Assembly: GCF_001194135.2 (NCBI RefSeq)
Contig: NC_068986.1
Coordinates: 13,586,520-13,643,685, forward strand
Reading direction: 5' to 3'
Length of the DNA: 57,166 nucleotides
DNA from: Octopus bimaculoides
Lineage: Eukaryota
Shown piece after piece: positions 52,068-57,166 of this stretch. The notes under the pieces were generated by a model, which was given only the letters and a program-made list of their open reading frames with translations, was not told where the DNA came from and ran no database searches. Position 1 is the stretch's first letter; each line of letters starts with the position of its first letter. The position numbers were made by a program, and so were the translations under genes.

Positions 52068-52365
52068 GTAAGTTAAAAGACCTCCGCCCCCCNNNNNNNN
52101 NNAAAAAAAAAAACCAAAACAAAAAAGAAACCACAACCCTTAATATTCTTGAGAAATCATTAATCAGGAAATCTCTTGAAATACTGTATTAATTGTGGCT
52201 GTGTGGTTGAGAAGCTGGTTTTCCAAACATGTAGTCTTAGGGTCAGTTACACTGCATGGTACATTAGGCAAGGGTCTTCTATTTTGTAAATGGTAGACAG
52301 AAACTGAAGAAGCCCATAACACCATCGTCATCGTCATTTACTGTCCATTTTCCTTGCTGACATGG

Positions 52366-52406
<41 letters not shown>

Positions 52407-55060
52407 CTCTTCTGTTGACATCATGTGATGGTTGTAAATGAGCATCACTGTCACACAAGCAGTGTTGTTCATTTCTTGTCTCCCACGGAAAACATGTCTG
52501 GCCATAGGGAAATGTTACCTTGCTTGGAAACAGCCGATTATAACATCAAGATTATTTTAACATTCACTTTTTCAACTTCTGTCCAAAATTCCTGTTATCC
52601 TTGTTCTTTCTAAAAATAACTCTTATTACAGTTTAATNNNNNNNNNNNNNNNNNNNNNNNNNNNNNNNNNNNNNNNNNNNNNNNNNNNNNNNNNNNNNNN
52701 NNNNNNNNNNNNNNNNNNNNNNNNNNNNNNNNNNNNNNNNNNNNNNNNNNNNNNNNNNNNNNNNNNNNNNNNNNNNNNNNNNNNNNNNNNNNNNNNNNNN
52801 NNNNNNNNNNNNNNNNNNNNNNNNNNNNNNNNNNNNNNNNNNNNNNNNNNNNNNNNNNNNNNNNNNNNNNNNNNNNNNNNNNNNNNNNNNNNNNNNNNNN
52901 NNNNNNNNNNNNNNNNNNNNNNNNNNNNNNNNNNNNNNNNNNNNNNNNNNNNNNNNNNNNNNNNNNNNNNNNNNNNNNNNNNNNNNNNNNNNNNNNNNNN
53001 NNNNNNNNNNNNNNNNNNNNNNNNNNNNNNNNNNNNNNNNNNNNNNNNNNNNNNNNNNNNNNNNNNNNNNNNNNNNNNNNNNNNNNNNNNNNNNNNNNNN
53101 NNNNNNNNNNNNNNNNNNNNNNNNNNNNNNNNNNNNNNNNNNNNNNNNNNNNNNNNNNNNNNNNNNNNNNNNNNNNNNNNNNNNNNNNNNNNNNNNNNNN
53201 NNNNNNNNNNNNNNNNNNNNNNNNNNNNNNNNNNNNNNNNNNNNNNNNNNNNNNNNNNNNNNNNNNNNNNNNNNNNNNNNNNNNNNNNNNNNNNNNNNNN
53301 NNNNNNNNNNNNNNNNNNNNNNNNNNNNNNNNNNNNNNNNNNNNNNNNNNNNNNNNNNNNNNNNNNNNNNNNNNNNNNNNNNNNNNNNNNNNNNNNNNNN
53401 NNNNNNNNNNNNNNNNNNNNNNNNNNNNNNNNNNNNNNNNNNNNNNNNNNNNNNNNNNNNNNNNNNNNNNNNNNNNNNNNNNNNNNNNNNNNNNNNNNNN
53501 NNNNNNNNNNNNNNNCTTCTTCTTCTTCTTCTTCTTCTTCTTCTTCTTCTTCTTCTTCTTCTTCTTCTTCTTCTTCTACATTCTCCACCACCAACCATGA
53601 CCACCACACATTAAAAAAAAATGGTGCAATGGACTACATATGAAGAAAGGAAAAGAAAATGTGCAACTTAAAGTGAAAAAGTGGTTCCTCTACCACTTTG
53701 TCTGTCTGTCTCTTTGCCTGTCTGTCTGTCTCTCTCTCTTTTTTTCTGTCCCACTTTATATCTCTATATCTATTTCTTTTTCACTATACACTCACAGACA
53801 TACGTCACACACACACACACACACACACGCACGCACATCACACGCACACATCACACCCGCATACACATATATGTATTTGTAAGAAACAAGTCACATCAGG
53901 TCTCCAGCTGCTGGCAGCACTCAGGCTATGCATCAGGAATGGAACACAACATTCGTAGAAATATATTGCTAGGAAAAGCAAAGAGGAAGGGACGCACATG
54001 CACATATGTGTATGCATATGTATGCATATGTGTGTATGTACACGTCTACACAAACACAAACATATTTCAATGAATGTATCCTCACACACATTTTTATATA
54101 TGCATATATNNNNNNNNNNNNNNNNNNNNNNNNNNNNNNNNNNNNNNNNNNNNNNNNNNNNNNNNNNNNNNNNNNNNNNNNNNNNNNNNNNNNNNNNNNN
54201 NNNNNNNNNNNNNNNNNNNNNNNNNNNNNNNNNNNNNNNNNNNNNNNNNNNNNNNNNNNNNNNNNNNNNNNNNNNNNNNNNNNNNNNNNNNNNNNNNNNN
54301 NNNNNNNNNNNNNNNCTCTTCAGCGACACTTTTTGTTTCCATGTGTATTTATTTTTCTTCCATACATTGAGAATGGAGTAAGTGGAGCAAGAACACACAC
54401 ACAGAAACGTTGTTGCTGAAGAGGTCACAGGTGTGTGACGAAAGATTTCCAGAAAATGGTCAGGCATTAAAATAATAAACTAAGAACAATAATAAACGAG
54501 TGAAGAAGAAAAAAAAAATAGTGCATGTGTTTATTTGTCAAAAAAAAAAAAAAAGCAAACAAACAAATAAAATGACCACTCTGACATACAACAATAAATA
54601 AATAAATAAATAAATATATATATATATATATATATGTATGTATATATGAATATATAATTGTGTATAAGTTAGCAATATAATTATATTTGCTTCTCTTTTT
54701 TTATTTAGTATTTTTTATTTTCCATTTTCTGTACAAATGTAACTTTTTGTTTTATTCACATCTTTCATTGCATCAGAATCGGTAAGAGTGGGAATCTGAG
54801 CAGCTGAAAATCTTGAGCTTTTGGGAACTTTGAGCTTTCGGGAAGTTTGCACTCGCAGTAAAACTTCATTATACAGAAGTGTATTTAGATTGATTCATTG
54901 AAAATAGTTTTGCTTTGTTTTGCACACACACATACACACACACTTGAGTCTTAATATGTTTGTGTGTCTATATATATATGTGTGTGTTTGTGTAATCATA
55001 TATCTGTATACATATATACATGTGTATTGATATACAGCTACATATGTATATTTATGTATT

Positions 55061-55119
<59 letters not shown>

Positions 55120-55299
55120 GATGATGTGTGTGTATTTAGCTAAATGTATATATNNNNNNNNNNTATATAGATGATGTGTGTGTATTTAGCTAAATGTATA
55201 TATATATGTTGGTGTGGGTGATATATATATATATATATATATATATGGTATGTGTGTGTGTGTGTTATGATGCCTAAGAATTTCTCTGTAATATTTACA

Positions 55300-55524
55300 G
55301 TAAATTTTCAGATTAACACCCGCACGATTTTCACTAGGGGCTTAGGGTCAGGGTTACGTTTTAGGGTTAGGGTTTTAGGGTTAGGGTTTTAGGGTTAGGG
55401 AATTCCGTCCCTAACCCTAACCGTAACCCTAACCCTAACCTTAAAACTAACCCTAACCCTGACCCTAAAACCTTAACCCTAACACCCTAGTGAAAATCGT
55501 GTGGGTGTTAATCTGAAAATTTAC
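55300..55524. mobile_element. Foldback element containing head-to-head telomere-like arrays
   Basis: 41-bp TIR gtaaattttcagattaacacccgcacgattttcactaggg, then a (TTAGGG)-variant array, spacer aattccgt, a (CCCTAA)-variant array and the matching TIR. Confidence 0.8.
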
Positions 55525-55972
55525 CATATTTACTTCCCCAAGTTGGCCAATCATTTTTTGGAAACTGAAACAGGTCTTAAGCCAAATCTGTTTCTCATGG
55601 AACAAACTTAGAAATTGTAAACTTGAATTGAATATTTGAGATAAATTTAATAAAATAGCGTTTTTCGATTTAAATTTCAATTTTTTAAAATTTATGATAT
55701 AAATTCAAGTTTCAATTTCAGTATCTTTTTGTGGTTTACTTATTTAATTCTCTTGTTTTATTGTTATTCTTGAAAATATTTTATCGATTTTTATGAATGT
55801 ATAATTTCTGTTGGAAACAGTTTAAAAAGAAAAACAACAACAACACATATTTGTAATGTAGTAAGAGACATACTTTGATAGGAATCGTGAATTCCTGCTT
55901 GTCACATGTAAGCATTTGTGTGTGGGGGTGGGGGGTGGGGGTAAATAGATGAATTCAAAACGTGTGTATTTA

Positions 55973-56008
<36 letters not shown>

Positions 56009-56210
56009 TGTATATATATGTGAATGTATGTTCATATATGTGTGTATGCATGAATGTATATGTATGTATGTATGTATGTATATTTATGTATGTATATATG
56101 AATATATGTGTATGCATGTATGTATATATATATGTATATATGTGTGTGCATGTATATATGTGTTTGTATATACATGTGTATATGTGTGCATGTATATACA
56201 TGTGTGTATA

Positions 56211-56268
<58 letters not shown>

Positions 56269-56899
56269 AATTAAGGTTCAGTTGAATTAGGCACCTTCCT
56301 AGTTCAGTATATTTCACGAACCTCAACAAAATAATTTGAATATTGAATATCAAGACTCCATGTTGGAGTTTTCGTACCTAATATCCTAATATATCTAATC
56401 ACCCAGCTAAGTGAAAATATTCACGTTTGATAAATCCTTTATGTTTGATGCCTGTACGGTCATCAGAAGAGAGTGGTTTCTTTCAAATCGATGTAATCTT
56501 CTCATTGATTAATTAAATGGTGCCACTTGAAACACCTGTAATGAATTAACACCTGCTACATTCGTGTTACTTATGTTTGTTTGTATGTATATATGTATGT
56601 ATGTATGTTATGAAGTGTCATTTACAAAGACATGTACAGGAAAAGGTTCAAGAACTGCCAACATGTCATATTCGTGGACAAGTTAACAACCAATGTGTAT
56701 GTATGTATGTACTGTACGCATGTGTATGCGTGTGTGTGTGTGTGTGTGTGTGTACATAGTTTTTACTTGTGATTTTGTTGTACTTACGGAGTTATCTCGA
56801 TTGTGCTGACTTCTTTGAATGGTTAAATAATAATGAAACCGGTATCACTGTATCACCTTTGCAATCCGTTTTGCCTTAACATTACATAATAAAGATTTT

Positions 56900-57166
56900 T
56901 GAAACTAACTTCTCTTTGTCGCTGCATGTTGAGTTTGTCAATTGTTAAACAATTTTGTCAATTATTAAATTGCTAAGTCAGTTCCTTGAACTGACTTCTT
57001 CTTCTTCGTCAAAGATTACCTTATAAGAAACAAAAACATCGTGACAACCCTCCCCCCTCATAATCTTGGAAAAGCGTTGAGCATTTGGGTCCATATCCCC
57101 AAACACAGAAAGACCTTTTTTCGATTTATACAAATGCTTGCTACATTTTCTTAATGATAAAGTGAC
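56900..57166 (-). mobile_element. Possible Tigger/pogo transposase C-terminal remnant
   Basis: Minus-strand peptides GLSVFGDMDPNAQRFSKIMR and, in another frame, YKVIFDEEEE. Confidence 0.3.

Noticed and set aside
55147-55203. Direct duplication tatagatgatgtgtgtgtatttagctaaatgtatata either side of a 10-N gap
   Set aside because: Typical overlap of contig ends at a scaffold gap; probably an artefact.
56978-57019. Minus-strand terminal exon VIFDEEEEVSSRN* of a convergent gene
   Set aside because: The upstream sequence resembles a Tigger/pogo remnant that explains the peptide equally well; there is no further support within the window.

Overview
Eukaryotic, AT-rich, microsatellite-saturated genomic DNA with many N gaps. 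The SINE families and repeat content look like an octopus (coleoid cephalopod) assembly; this is inferred, not checked. The window holds the interior of one plus-strand gene. Nine GT-AG exons (1450-52067) join in phase into about 1248 codons of a low-complexity, probably disordered protein. It has an N-terminal LxNxxARHKL motif recalling the CRACD/KIAA1211 (DUF4592) family and several P-x-W-basic motifs. The start codon and last exon are not resolved. Introns contain tRNA-headed SINEs, a decayed near-full-length mariner, hAT, piggyBac, mariner and pogo-type MITEs, LINE 3' fragments, foldback elements and satellites. The most interesting signal is a repeat family combining a tRNA-like Pol III module (box A/box B) with a minimal type I hammerhead ribozyme whose ACGU stem III could only form in a dimer. 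It occurs six times. At two loci it forms inverted pairs, and at one it lies about 30 nt downstream of a Penelope-type GIY-YIG ORF end. It therefore looks like the terminal repeat (pLTR) of a Penelope-like element carrying its own tRNA-type promoter. A 225-bp foldback built from head-to-head TTAGGG/CCCTAA arrays is also notable. No CRISPR array, rRNA or intact tRNA gene was found.
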